Source of the DNA: Bacteroidota bacterium
Lineage (GTDB): Bacteria > Bacteroidota > Bacteroidia > Bacteroidales > VadinHA17
Direction: 5' to 3'
DNA length: 64,000 nucleotides
Assembly (NCBI GenBank): GCA_011374625.1
Contig: DRPN01000138.1
Span: 4,815-68,814, forward strand
A program made the position numbers and the translations under genes. Positions 10,407-19,482 of this stretch are shown here, in pieces; position 1 is the first letter of the stretch, and the number at the start of each line of letters is the position of its first letter. The notes below the pieces were generated by a model. It worked only from the letters and a program-made list of their open reading frames with translations. It did not search any database and was not told where the DNA came from.

Positions 10407-10670
10407 ACTACTTTTTAAAAAAATAAAATTGTGACTGCCCAATGCTCAGAAAACAAGAGTATTTAATAGTAACTGGTGCATGGAGAGAAAACATAAAATT
10501 AGGAATAGCAATTTACCCAGAGATAATAATTTTTTACTTCAGCTTAATTGATGATTCCTAAAAGTAATAACAAAGAAGATGATTTTTTTATGTTTTAAAG
10601 TTTTTATCAACCAAGATGAATTATCCGAAAAAGCTGAGCATCATAATTTTTTTCTGAAACTTATCCCAAC

Positions 10671-11396
10671 ATGTATTTTTGGTCAATTCTCGATAAAAAG
10701 CGTTTTGGATTAAAGACCGCCAGACTGAATCTAAATGAGGAGGTCGTTGATGTTAATAATATTATTCAATCATTTATAACAAAAAAAGGACAGCTTTTCA
10801 TTGTTAAATGTAATTCTTTAAATAATGAAATGATTTTTCAGTTGCAAAAGAAAGGTTTCTTTCTAACTGACACGATGCTTACCTTTTCGAGGTCTTCAAT
10901 TATTAAAAGTGAAGATGTTTCTGATTTATGTGCTGAAATCGCTTATGCCCGGCCATCTGATAGTTCATTGTTGGCTGATTTGGCTCAGAGATCTTTTGCA
11001 AATTATCGTGGACATTACCATCATAATCCATTATTGGATAATAAATTATGCGATGAGGTATATACTGATTGGGCACGTAGGTTATGCATTGATAAATCCC
11101 TTGCAGATGAGGTTTTTTTAGCAATGCAGAATGGGAAATATGTTGGTTTTGCATCGTTGAAAGTCGATGAAAAGGGCATTGCAAAGGGAGGATTACTGGG
11201 CGTGATCCCTGAGTATAGAGGTAAAGGTATTAGCCGATTTCTTCATATTCACCGCTTGCTTTGGTGCAGTAATAAGAATGTTAAAGAAATTCAAGTGGAG
11301 ATAAGTGTAAATAACAAAATGTATATTAATCTTCTTATTCAAATGGGTTTTAAATTAGAATACAGTAATCAGGTTTTTCACTTAAATAATTTTTAA
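10671..11396 (+). CDS. GNAT-family N-acetyltransferase with WecD-like two-lobed layout
   Basis: 241 aa. The C-terminal GNAT core shows YVGFASLKVD..GLLGVIPEYRGKGISRFL (acetyl-CoA loop R-G-x-G). Its length and N-terminal lobe resemble TDP-fucosamine acetyltransferase WecD. It lies in an AT-rich insert between fnlA and fnlB. Confidence 0.55.
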   Translation: MYFWSILDKKRFGLKTARLNLNEEVVDVNNIIQSFITKKGQLFIVKCNSLNNEMIFQLQKKGFFLTDTMLTFSRSSIIKSEDVSDLCAEIAYARPSDSSLLADLAQRSFANYRGHYHHNPLLDNKLCDEVYTDWARRLCIDKSLADEVFLAMQNGKYVGFASLKVDEKGIAKGGLLGVIPEYRGKGISRFLHIHRLLWCSNKNVKEIQVEISVNNKMYINLLIQMGFKLEYSNQVFHLNNF

Positions 11397-11426
11397 TTTA
11401 AATAATTGAAAATTTTCTAATATCAT

Positions 11427-12548
11427 ATGATAAAAGTTGGAATAACGGGTCAATCGGGATTTATTGGCAGTCACTTATTTAACTATCTTGGTCTGAAAGA
11501 GGGCATTACCCTGGTCCCTTTTGAAGATGTTTTTTTTTCTTCGGCAGTAAAACTCAAAAATTTTGTCAGTCAATGCGATGCCATTGTTCATCTGGCTGCT
11601 ATGAACCGGCATGAAGATGAACAGGTACTGTACAAAACGAATATTGAGCTGGTTAAGAAGCTTATTCGGGCCTGCGAAGAAACAGGTTCTGCCTCACATA
11701 TCCTTTTTGCTTCTTCCATACAGGAAGAGAAGGACAATATCTATGGCAGGTCCAAACGCGAGGGCAGATTACTCTTTGAAGAATGGGCGCGCAAAAACAG
11801 CGCCAGATTCACAGGGATGATCATCCCGAATGTTTTCGGACCATTCGGACAACCTTTTTACAATTCAGTAGTGGCAACATTCTGTTACCAGTTGACACAT
11901 AATGAAATACCGGAAATCATTGTGGACGGGAACCTTAAACTGATCTATATCAATGAACTGGTGGAAGAAATCTACCGCGGGATCATTGCTTCTCCCGAAG
12001 GAGATCATATTTCCCGGTATTCGGTTCCTCATTCTTACGAAAATAAGGTTAGTAATATTCTGTCAATACTGGCAGAATATAAAGAAACCTATCTTTGGGA
12101 GGGAACGATTCCACATTTGATCACTCCTTTTGAAGTAGCCCTTTTCAATACGTTCCGTAGCTACATTTCAGAAAATCATTATCCGGTTTCTTATACTCAA
12201 CATGCAGATGAAAGAGGATCATTTGTAGAAATTATAAAAACAAACACGCCGGGACAGTTTTCCTTTTCCACTACCCGGTCGGGAATAACCCGGGGCAATC
12301 ATTTTCATATCAGAAAACTGGAAAGATTCGCCGTGATTAGGGGGAAGGCAGTCATCCGACTTCGAAGGATCGGGACCGACCGGATCATTGAGTATCCTGT
12401 TGACGGAAAGATCCCCTCTTTTATAGACATTCCGGTATGGCATACCCACCATATTACCAATACCGGGAATGGCGAGTTGTTGACCCTGTTCTGGACAAAT
12501 GAATTTTATAATCCGGAGGATCCGGATACCTATTTTGAAATGGTTTAA
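11427..12548 (+). CDS. fnlB: UDP-2-acetamido-2,6-dideoxy-hexose reductase/epimerase (FnlB / CapF / WbjC)
   Basis: 373 aa. It has an N-terminal Rossmann motif (VGITGQSGFIGSHL) and a C-terminal cupin (DERGSFVEIIKT..GQFSFSTTRSGITRGNHFH). This two-domain CapF architecture also ends in the CapF-like PEDPDTYFEMV. Confidence 0.85.
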   Translation: MIKVGITGQSGFIGSHLFNYLGLKEGITLVPFEDVFFSSAVKLKNFVSQCDAIVHLAAMNRHEDEQVLYKTNIELVKKLIRACEETGSASHILFASSIQEEKDNIYGRSKREGRLLFEEWARKNSARFTGMIIPNVFGPFGQPFYNSVVATFCYQLTHNEIPEIIVDGNLKLIYINELVEEIYRGIIASPEGDHISRYSVPHSYENKVSNILSILAEYKETYLWEGTIPHLITPFEVALFNTFRSYISENHYPVSYTQHADERGSFVEIIKTNTPGQFSFSTTRSGITRGNHFHIRKLERFAVIRGKAVIRLRRIGTDRIIEYPVDGKIPSFIDIPVWHTHHITNTGNGELLTLFWTNEFYNPEDPDTYFEMV

Positions 12549-12616
12549 ACCGTAAATGATCAAACCATGAAACATAAATTAACGGTTTTCGTAGAATCCA
12601 CTGAAATTCAAGTATA

Positions 12617-13765
12617 ATGGGTAAGTCAGGGTTAAAAGTAGCCACCATAGTCGGTACCAGACCCGAAATCATCCGGTTGAGTTCAACCATCAGGTTGCTG
12701 GACAGGCACCTGACACAGGTGTTCATTCACACGGGTCAGAACTATGATTATGAGTTGAATGAGATATTCTTTAAGGACCTTGATCTTCGCAAACCCGATT
12801 ATTTTCTGAAAGTGGATACAGGTTCGCTGGGAAGAGTATATGGTGAAACCCTCATAAAAAGCGAGGAAATTCTTAAAAGGGAAAAGCCTGATGCCGTATT
12901 GATTCTTGGTGATACCAATAGCTCTTTTGCTGCCGTGATTGCCAAGCGATTGAGAATCCCTGTATTTCATATGGAAGCGGGCAACAGAAGCTTTGATATG
13001 AATGTTCCCGAAGAGATCAACCGGCGTATGGTGGACCATATTGCCGATTTTAATCTGGTTTATACGGAACATGCCCGGAGGCATCTGCTGAGTGAGGGAT
13101 TACCGCACCGTCGGATTTATCTTACCGGTTCGCCCATGTTCGAAGTAATACATGAAAACCTGGAGAAGATACATAAGTCAACTATTCTTGCCAGACTAAA
13201 GCTTGAAAAGCAGAAATATTTTATGGTTTCCACGCACAGGGAGGAGAACGTTGACAATCCCGTTCACCTGAAAGCCATTGTGAAGGTTCTGAACAGGCTG
13301 GCTGATAAATATAGATTTCCTGTGATTGTTTCCACCCATCCGAGAACACGAAAACAACTTGACAAGCTTGACGGAAGTAAGATCAATGCCGGGATACAAT
13401 TCCTGAAACCATTTGCATTCAGCGATTATGTGCATTTGCAGATGAATGCCCTGTGTACTCTGAGCGATAGTGGAACCATCAGCGAAGAATCTGCCATTCT
13501 TTCTTTTCCTGCCATTTCCATACGACAATCCATGGAAAGGCCGGAAGCACAGGATACGGGAACCATCATACTTACAGGGTTTGATGATCAGATTGTCATG
13601 GATTCTGTTGAGCTGGTTATTGAAGAGCACAAAAAAAGGAAGTATGAACAGATACCGGATGAATATCTGGTCAGGGACACATCATGGAGGGTGCTGAAAA
13701 TCATTATAGGGAATGCCAGGCTCAGCAACAAGTGGTGGGGTATAAACTCAGCTACGGATGGATAA
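12617..13765 (+). CDS. fnlC: UDP-N-acetylglucosamine 2-epimerase, non-hydrolysing (FnlC / CapG / WbjD)
   Basis: 382 aa with VATIVGTRPEIIRL, HTGQNYD, LILGDTNS, HMEAGNRSFD and VSTHPRTRK. It is the third gene of the UDP-L-FucNAc pathway. Confidence 0.85.
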   Translation: MGKSGLKVATIVGTRPEIIRLSSTIRLLDRHLTQVFIHTGQNYDYELNEIFFKDLDLRKPDYFLKVDTGSLGRVYGETLIKSEEILKREKPDAVLILGDTNSSFAAVIAKRLRIPVFHMEAGNRSFDMNVPEEINRRMVDHIADFNLVYTEHARRHLLSEGLPHRRIYLTGSPMFEVIHENLEKIHKSTILARLKLEKQKYFMVSTHREENVDNPVHLKAIVKVLNRLADKYRFPVIVSTHPRTRKQLDKLDGSKINAGIQFLKPFAFSDYVHLQMNALCTLSDSGTISEESAILSFPAISIRQSMERPEAQDTGTIILTGFDDQIVMDSVELVIEEHKKRKYEQIPDEYLVRDTSWRVLKIIIGNARLSNKWWGINSATDG

Positions 13766-14951
13766 AGTTATTTTCCTGATCGGCGGAATAGATCTGGTTT
13801 CTGCACCTTTCAACAGATTTATCACCATTGTTAAAGCAGTACAGAAAACTGGCTACAGTGTTGATGTCGTTATGATCAGGCCAATGAACCGGGAGACCGA
13901 CTGGGAACGCCTCCTGATCAGAAATAACTCCTTTGTATACGATGGCATAACCTTCAGGAATTGTTTCACCTTATCCAGAGAGAAAGATAGCATAGTCAGA
14001 AAGCTGATCATGCGCATAAAAACTTATTATAGCTCGTATCGTATCTTATGTCATAGCCATATCATATCCGGAACATTTTTGTATATTTATTCCGTATCAC
14101 TTTTCGATCATATATTCTTCTATTTACTGAAAAAAGCTTATAGACTCAGGTATATAAATGAAAGAAATGAATATCCACAGTTAATCAGACAGCCGGAAAA
14201 ATATAAAACGTTCATCTATAAGGCTTTGATTCTGCCATGGTGTTTTAGATTATTTGATGGAATGGTCATTATGACCGGTTCATTAATACGTTTTTATAAA
14301 AGCTATACAAAGAAAAGCTGTAAAATTTTAAAAATTCCGATGACTGTCGATTTCCGGAGATTTGAATGCCAGGCTGAAAGAAACGAAAAATATATAGGAT
14401 ATGCCGGAAGCCTGAACTGCCGGAAAGACGGCCTGGATATTCTGATTAGGGCATTTCATCTGATCCATTCTGAATTTCCGGAATATTATCTCAGAATAGT
14501 TGGCGATACTGAAAATACAAAAGAAAAGGAATTCCTCAGGAATCTGTGTTCAGATCTGCAGATAAAGGACAGGGTAATTTTTATGGGAGAGAAAAACAGA
14601 AATGAAATACCGGAGTTTATCTGTATGGCCTCATTGCTGGTACTCCCCCGGCCTGAAAGCAAGCAGGCTGAGGGGGGATTCCCTACAAAATTGGGTGAAT
14701 ATCTTGCATCCGGCAATCCGGTGGTGGTATCCGATGTGGGAGAAATTTCCGAATATCTGCGTGACGGGCAAGATGCCTATTTTGTTGAACCAGGTAATAC
14801 GCAAGATCTGGCAAATAAAATCCGACTGGCATTAAGCAATTATTCTGAAGCAGAGCGAATTGGGATTGAGGGGAAAAGAACCGCCAGACATTATTTTGAT
14901 TATTTTTCTCATGTGAATCATATCGAAGAATTTTTTGATTCTTTTAAATAG
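13758..14951 (+). CDS. Glycosyltransferase GT4
   Basis: 397 aa with YIGYAGSL and LLVLPRPESKQAEGGFPTKLGEYLASGNPVVVSDVGEISEYL. The start overlaps fnlC by 8 nt. It is a paralogue of the GT at 20701. Confidence 0.8.
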   Translation: MDKVIFLIGGIDLVSAPFNRFITIVKAVQKTGYSVDVVMIRPMNRETDWERLLIRNNSFVYDGITFRNCFTLSREKDSIVRKLIMRIKTYYSSYRILCHSHIISGTFLYIYSVSLFDHIFFYLLKKAYRLRYINERNEYPQLIRQPEKYKTFIYKALILPWCFRLFDGMVIMTGSLIRFYKSYTKKSCKILKIPMTVDFRRFECQAERNEKYIGYAGSLNCRKDGLDILIRAFHLIHSEFPEYYLRIVGDTENTKEKEFLRNLCSDLQIKDRVIFMGEKNRNEIPEFICMASLLVLPRPESKQAEGGFPTKLGEYLASGNPVVVSDVGEISEYLRDGQDAYFVEPGNTQDLANKIRLALSNYSEAERIGIEGKRTARHYFDYFSHVNHIEEFFDSFK

Positions 14952-14962
14952 ATCATTCTCTG

Positions 14963-16084
14963 ATGGTGGTAGGTTTACATATTGGGAGACCATGGAAGTA
15001 TGCAGATTCTGAACAGGTTTATGAACAGATACTGAGATACAATAAAATAGATTATATCAAACTGAATCTGAATGATATAGATTTCTGGGAGCAAGTTGAA
15101 CAACTTGATTATTTTATTTACAGATTTTATGTAGCCACCGATTTAAAAGAACAGGCTAATGCCATTCTTCCTGTCATTGAGAATTATTACGGGATAAAAT
15201 GTTTTCCCAATCAGGCTACCTGCTGGATGTACGACGATAAGATTAAAGAGTATTATTTGTTGAAAAAGCATGGCTTTCCTGTCATTGAGACGCATATTTT
15301 CTGGGATGAAGAAACCGCTCTGAATTGGATTGAAACAGCATTATTCCCTCTGGTTTTCAAACTTAAATCCGGTTCACGTTCCCAGAATGTTATCCTTGTT
15401 AAGGATAAACAGCAGGCAAGGCTGCTGGTAAAAAAAATGTTTGATAAGGGCATTGACCCTGATAAATCTTCGTTTTTTATGAAGAACCGCCTCAGGGGGC
15501 AGGGGTATAAAGAATTTCTCTGGGATCAGGCCTTGCGGGGGTACAGATTTATCCGGGGCGTGGATATTTCCCCGTATTGGGAGATTCATAAAAACTATGT
15601 ACTGTTTCAGGAGTATCAGCCAAATAATCTGTACGATACAAGGGTTACGGTTATTGGCGACAGAGCCTATGCTTTAATACGTTACAACAGGCGTCAGGAT
15701 TTCCGGGCTTCAGGTAGCGGGAAATATAACCTGGACCGGTCAAAAATTGATAAACGTTGCCTCGATATTGCTTTTAAAATATCAGATACACTGGGATTCC
15801 AGTCCATGGCATATGATTTTTTATTTAATATTAACGGTGATCCTATAATATCGGAGATATCCTATACATATCCCTGTATTGATCAGTACGAAGAACCAGG
15901 ATATTTCGACAGGGATTTTAACCATCATGCGGGACACTTTTGGGCAGAATACTTTCACCTGATTGATTTACTGGGATTGCCCGATCTGAAACAACCTGAT
16001 CATATCAAGCTTGCCAGAAAGGGAATAAAGAAATGGAAATTGAAATACCTGAATAAGAAAAAACAGGGTTATACGGTAGTGTGA
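14963..16084 (+). CDS. ATP-grasp fold ligase (RimK-like), copy A
   Basis: 373 aa with KIKEYYLLKKHGFPVIETHIF, PLVFKLKSGSRSQNVILV, LFQEYQPN and TRVTVIGDRAYALIRYNRRQDFRASGSG. It is a paralogue of 18355..19389. Confidence 0.75.
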   Translation: MVVGLHIGRPWKYADSEQVYEQILRYNKIDYIKLNLNDIDFWEQVEQLDYFIYRFYVATDLKEQANAILPVIENYYGIKCFPNQATCWMYDDKIKEYYLLKKHGFPVIETHIFWDEETALNWIETALFPLVFKLKSGSRSQNVILVKDKQQARLLVKKMFDKGIDPDKSSFFMKNRLRGQGYKEFLWDQALRGYRFIRGVDISPYWEIHKNYVLFQEYQPNNLYDTRVTVIGDRAYALIRYNRRQDFRASGSGKYNLDRSKIDKRCLDIAFKISDTLGFQSMAYDFLFNINGDPIISEISYTYPCIDQYEEPGYFDRDFNHHAGHFWAEYFHLIDLLGLPDLKQPDHIKLARKGIKKWKLKYLNKKKQGYTVV

Positions 16085-16239
16085 AAATATAAATCATTAT
16101 ACCACGAGTTGATTTTGAACGGAATAAAAATTCTTCCCGAAAAGATTGGTGAACGGGTTGAGTGTTTATCTGGCTTTTTCTTTTCCTGAAGTGAATCACA
16201 GGGTTAAAGCATTAATACCTGCGATAAATGTTCTGACAC

Positions 16240-17322
16240 ATGGAAATATCTCTGGTAGAAATAGAGAACCCGGTAACCTGGGATGAGGAACTTATAGAAT
16301 ATCAGGCAAGTATTTTTTTGTCTTCCCTCTGGCTGCAATCGGTGGCTACTCAGTCCAGGATCCCTGTATTTTTCAAGTTTTTCGCAGATTATAAGGAGAT
16401 TGCCCGGATATCCGGTCTGATGATTTGCCCGGCGGCTGACAAATTGAAGTTATTGTTTTTTTATTCAGGCATTGTTTCCAAATTGCGGGATCCTGAAATA
16501 ATCTCGAAATGCAGGCTTGCCTTATTGAATTATGCAAGGACAAACGGCATTTCAAGGATTATTATACGATCATACGACGATAAAAACTGTACTCAGACAC
16601 GATTACCGGCTTTTAAAATAAACAAACGGGTTGAATATGTCATATGCCTGGAAAGGGATAAGGATATGATCCTGGAAGGATTTCACCGAAGTGCACGGCG
16701 TGTAGTTCGTAAAGCCAGGACAGCCGGTGTGAGCGTGGGAATAAGCAAGTCGGTTCAATTATACGACCTTTTGTTTGAAATGATGACCGAAACCAGACAT
16801 AGACGGAAACGCAAGGGATATGGAGATTATAATGCTCTGAGCATTCCCTTTTTTGACCGGAGCGCTATGCTAAATCTGTTAAAAGAAGATAAAGCTTCCC
16901 TGTTTTATGCAGAAGATAAAGAAGGAATTTTGAGTGTAGTATATATCTTCCATCATATAAATGTGTCATATGCTATATTAACCGGAACCACAGCAAGAGG
17001 TTATGAATTGGATGTGTCCGCCTGTCTTTTGTATGAAATTGCTATAACATTGAAAGATAAAGGATGCAGGTATCTTAATCTTGGAGGTGTTCCTTCAGGA
17101 AAGAAAAATTCCGGAATTGTGCAGTTCAAAAAAAGCCTGGGAACGGATGTCGTAGAATCCTGTGAAGAATCAACAAATTTCATTTTATTCCCCTGGACAT
17201 TGTTTAATCCGTTACTCTTCCTGAGAAGAAAGCTTCCCGATCGTCCTTTTTTCAGATTTTGTAAGAAAGCAATGAGGAAATTTATGGAAATAATATTAAC
17301 TCCTGACAGTAGCGTATTATAA
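16240..17322 (+). CDS. FemAB-like / GNAT-fold (Acetyltransf_6-type) transferase
   Basis: 360 aa. The layout is typical of FemAB-related proteins: SARRVVRKARTAGVSV, then YAILTGTTARGYELDVSACLLYEIAITLKDKGCRYLNLGGVP......GIVQFKKSLG. Confidence 0.6.
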   Translation: MEISLVEIENPVTWDEELIEYQASIFLSSLWLQSVATQSRIPVFFKFFADYKEIARISGLMICPAADKLKLLFFYSGIVSKLRDPEIISKCRLALLNYARTNGISRIIIRSYDDKNCTQTRLPAFKINKRVEYVICLERDKDMILEGFHRSARRVVRKARTAGVSVGISKSVQLYDLLFEMMTETRHRRKRKGYGDYNALSIPFFDRSAMLNLLKEDKASLFYAEDKEGILSVVYIFHHINVSYAILTGTTARGYELDVSACLLYEIAITLKDKGCRYLNLGGVPSGKKNSGIVQFKKSLGTDVVESCEESTNFILFPWTLFNPLLFLRRKLPDRPFFRFCKKAMRKFMEIILTPDSSVL

Positions 17323-17356
17323 TTTAATTCTTAATTTTAATGAAAAGAAGAAACTG

Positions 17357-18238
17357 ATGCTTAACCTGATTGATCCGATAGAACTGGCAAAAAAAACAGA
17401 AAATGTTGTTTGCCGGGGAAACAAAAGAAAGTACCTGAGATTTGGCACTACACCGGATTATAAAACAGGTGTGGCGACTGGATATGCAGTAGGCTGTAAT
17501 CTGCGGTGTGTTTTTTGCTGGGCCCATGAGACCCGTGACAATAATGAATTGGTCCGGGATTTTTATTCTCCCCGTGAGGTTTTTGACATACTGCATGAAA
17601 TTATTGGTCGAAATCCCAAAATAGATAAAATCAGAATATCCGACGGAGAACCAACCCTGTGCCGGGATCACCTGATGGAACTGATTGAAATTACTGAAAA
17701 ATCAGATGTCGGTCAGTTTGTTCTCGAGACAAACGGCATTCTTTTTGGATATGATGAAAACTATGTAAAAGATTTATCGGCGTTTAAAAAAATCTATGTC
17801 AGACTTGATCTCAAAGCCGGGACTCCGGAGGCTTTCAGTAAAAAGACAGGGGCCATCCCCGAAGCGTATGAATACCCTTTTCAGGCAATAAGACACCTGA
17901 TGAAGTATGGAATAAACTTTGGAGTAGCCGCCATGAGTGCTGATCCCCGTTTTATGGATCCACTGGAGCGCGTCGGCCTCATTACCCGGGTTGGTGAAAT
18001 AGACCCTGCCCTGGTGCTCAGACTTGAGGAGGAAATGACAGTTCTTGTACCCACCGCAAAGAAACGGTTGAATGCATATGGCTGGAAAGCCGGAAAAGTC
18101 AAATATCCTTTTTATGTCATCGGTCCCCTTCGGAAATATGTTCAGGTATCATACATGCCGATCAAATCCCTGAAAAAACAAAAAGTTAATTTTGGTTTTT
18201 TATTGAAAAACCTGATACAATTGAAACATGGGATTTAG
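17357..18238 (+). CDS. Radical SAM enzyme, unknown subfamily
   Basis: 293 aa. It carries a CX3CX2C cluster motif (GCNLRCVFCW), then ISDGEPTL and VLETNG, typical of the radical SAM core. No SPASM or B12 domain is evident. Confidence 0.75.
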   Translation: MLNLIDPIELAKKTENVVCRGNKRKYLRFGTTPDYKTGVATGYAVGCNLRCVFCWAHETRDNNELVRDFYSPREVFDILHEIIGRNPKIDKIRISDGEPTLCRDHLMELIEITEKSDVGQFVLETNGILFGYDENYVKDLSAFKKIYVRLDLKAGTPEAFSKKTGAIPEAYEYPFQAIRHLMKYGINFGVAAMSADPRFMDPLERVGLITRVGEIDPALVLRLEEEMTVLVPTAKKRLNAYGWKAGKVKYPFYVIGPLRKYVQVSYMPIKSLKKQKVNFGFLLKNLIQLKHGI

Positions 18239-18354
18239 GACCTATCTGTTGAAGCGTGATATTTTTCCTGCTTTGATGAAGAAATAGCAGAGGTGTACAA
18301 AAAATGCATCGTTTGAAAGAATCTGAATGATCCGTACTTTTCTTAATTTAACAT

Positions 18355-19389
18355 ATGATGCAGGCAGGGATATTTAATATTCATACAGATCGGTTTTCAA
18401 CACGTTTGGGAAAATACGAACGGATACTGACTCATAATGGAATAAAATGTATCCGGTTAGATATTCATGATCCCGACTTCTGGAAGCATTTGGAAAACCT
18501 GGATTTGTTTATTTATGAGGGACAGAAGCATACGGTTGCAACAGAAATAGCGCGTTCTGTTTTACCTGTGATTGATCATAACAAACATATAAAATGCATT
18601 CCTGGTATTTCAACATTCTGGCCGTGTAATGACAGAATAAAAAGCTATTATTTGTTAAGGCAAACCGGATTTCCGGTCCCCCAAACCTATATATTCTGGC
18701 ACAAATCCAGGGCACTGGAGTGGGTTAGAAATGCCCCCCTGCCGCTCGTTTTCAAACTCAAGACAGGTATCGGTGCGCAAAATTCATTTGTAATTAATTG
18801 CCAAAAACAGGCAAAATTATTAATAAACCGAATGTTTGGGAAGGGGGTTTGTGTAAGCGAAATTTCTTCCTCCCGAGATCAGGCTTATAAGCTCTATCCT
18901 GAACGTATTTTGGATAAGGCTTCGTCTGAAATGCGCGGCATTTTTTCAAATATGTCTGAATTCATATGGGAAAAGCAAAAGAATTATGTTCTTTTCCAGG
19001 AATATATCTCCGAAAGAAAATCTGAAGTAAGAATACTGGTTATTGGCAACCGGGCATTTGTTCTGGAGGCACATAGTCATGATCAATACGGATCAGTCCG
19101 AAACAATTTAAATAAAGGCTATCAGGGAACGGAAGAACTTTGCATGGAGATGGCATTTGATATTTGCAGAAAGCTTAAAGTTCGATACATCACAGGGATA
19201 TTCATAGTGGATAAGGAGAATCGGCCGTTTATCACTGATCTTACATTTGATATTCCTTCAGATACAGAGGTGGTGAAGGGATACTGGGACCATGAGTTTC
19301 GTTGGCATAATGGCCCTTTCTGGCCGGAATATTTTTGTTTGGAAGATCTCCTGGTTATCCATGACATGAAGCATCCGGATATTTCCTGA
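18355..19389 (+). CDS. ATP-grasp fold ligase (RimK-like), copy B
   Basis: 344 aa, collinear with copy A. Shared blocks are VLPVIDHNKHIKCIPG, RIKSYYLLRQTGFPVPQTYIF, PLVFKLKTGIGAQNSFVI, LFQEYI and VRILVIGNRAF. Confidence 0.75.
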   Translation: MMQAGIFNIHTDRFSTRLGKYERILTHNGIKCIRLDIHDPDFWKHLENLDLFIYEGQKHTVATEIARSVLPVIDHNKHIKCIPGISTFWPCNDRIKSYYLLRQTGFPVPQTYIFWHKSRALEWVRNAPLPLVFKLKTGIGAQNSFVINCQKQAKLLINRMFGKGVCVSEISSSRDQAYKLYPERILDKASSEMRGIFSNMSEFIWEKQKNYVLFQEYISERKSEVRILVIGNRAFVLEAHSHDQYGSVRNNLNKGYQGTEELCMEMAFDICRKLKVRYITGIFIVDKENRPFITDLTFDIPSDTEVVKGYWDHEFRWHNGPFWPEYFCLEDLLVIHDMKHPDIS

Positions 19390-19482
19390 AATAATTCAGG
19401 GATCTGTGAACAATTTTAAAATAAAATGATGTAATTTAATATTTCAAAATATATACCTATCCATGTAGAAACAAACTCAGAT

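Noticed and set aside
14963-19389. Graspetide (microviridin-type) RiPP cluster idea, based on two ATP-grasp ligases plus a GNAT-fold protein
   Set aside because: I found no plausible precursor-peptide ORF in the intergenic gaps (16085..16239, 18239..18354, 19390..19482); they hold only trivial 7-26-codon ORFs. The genes are embedded in, and co-oriented with, glycan biosynthesis genes. Glycan decoration is the more economical reading.
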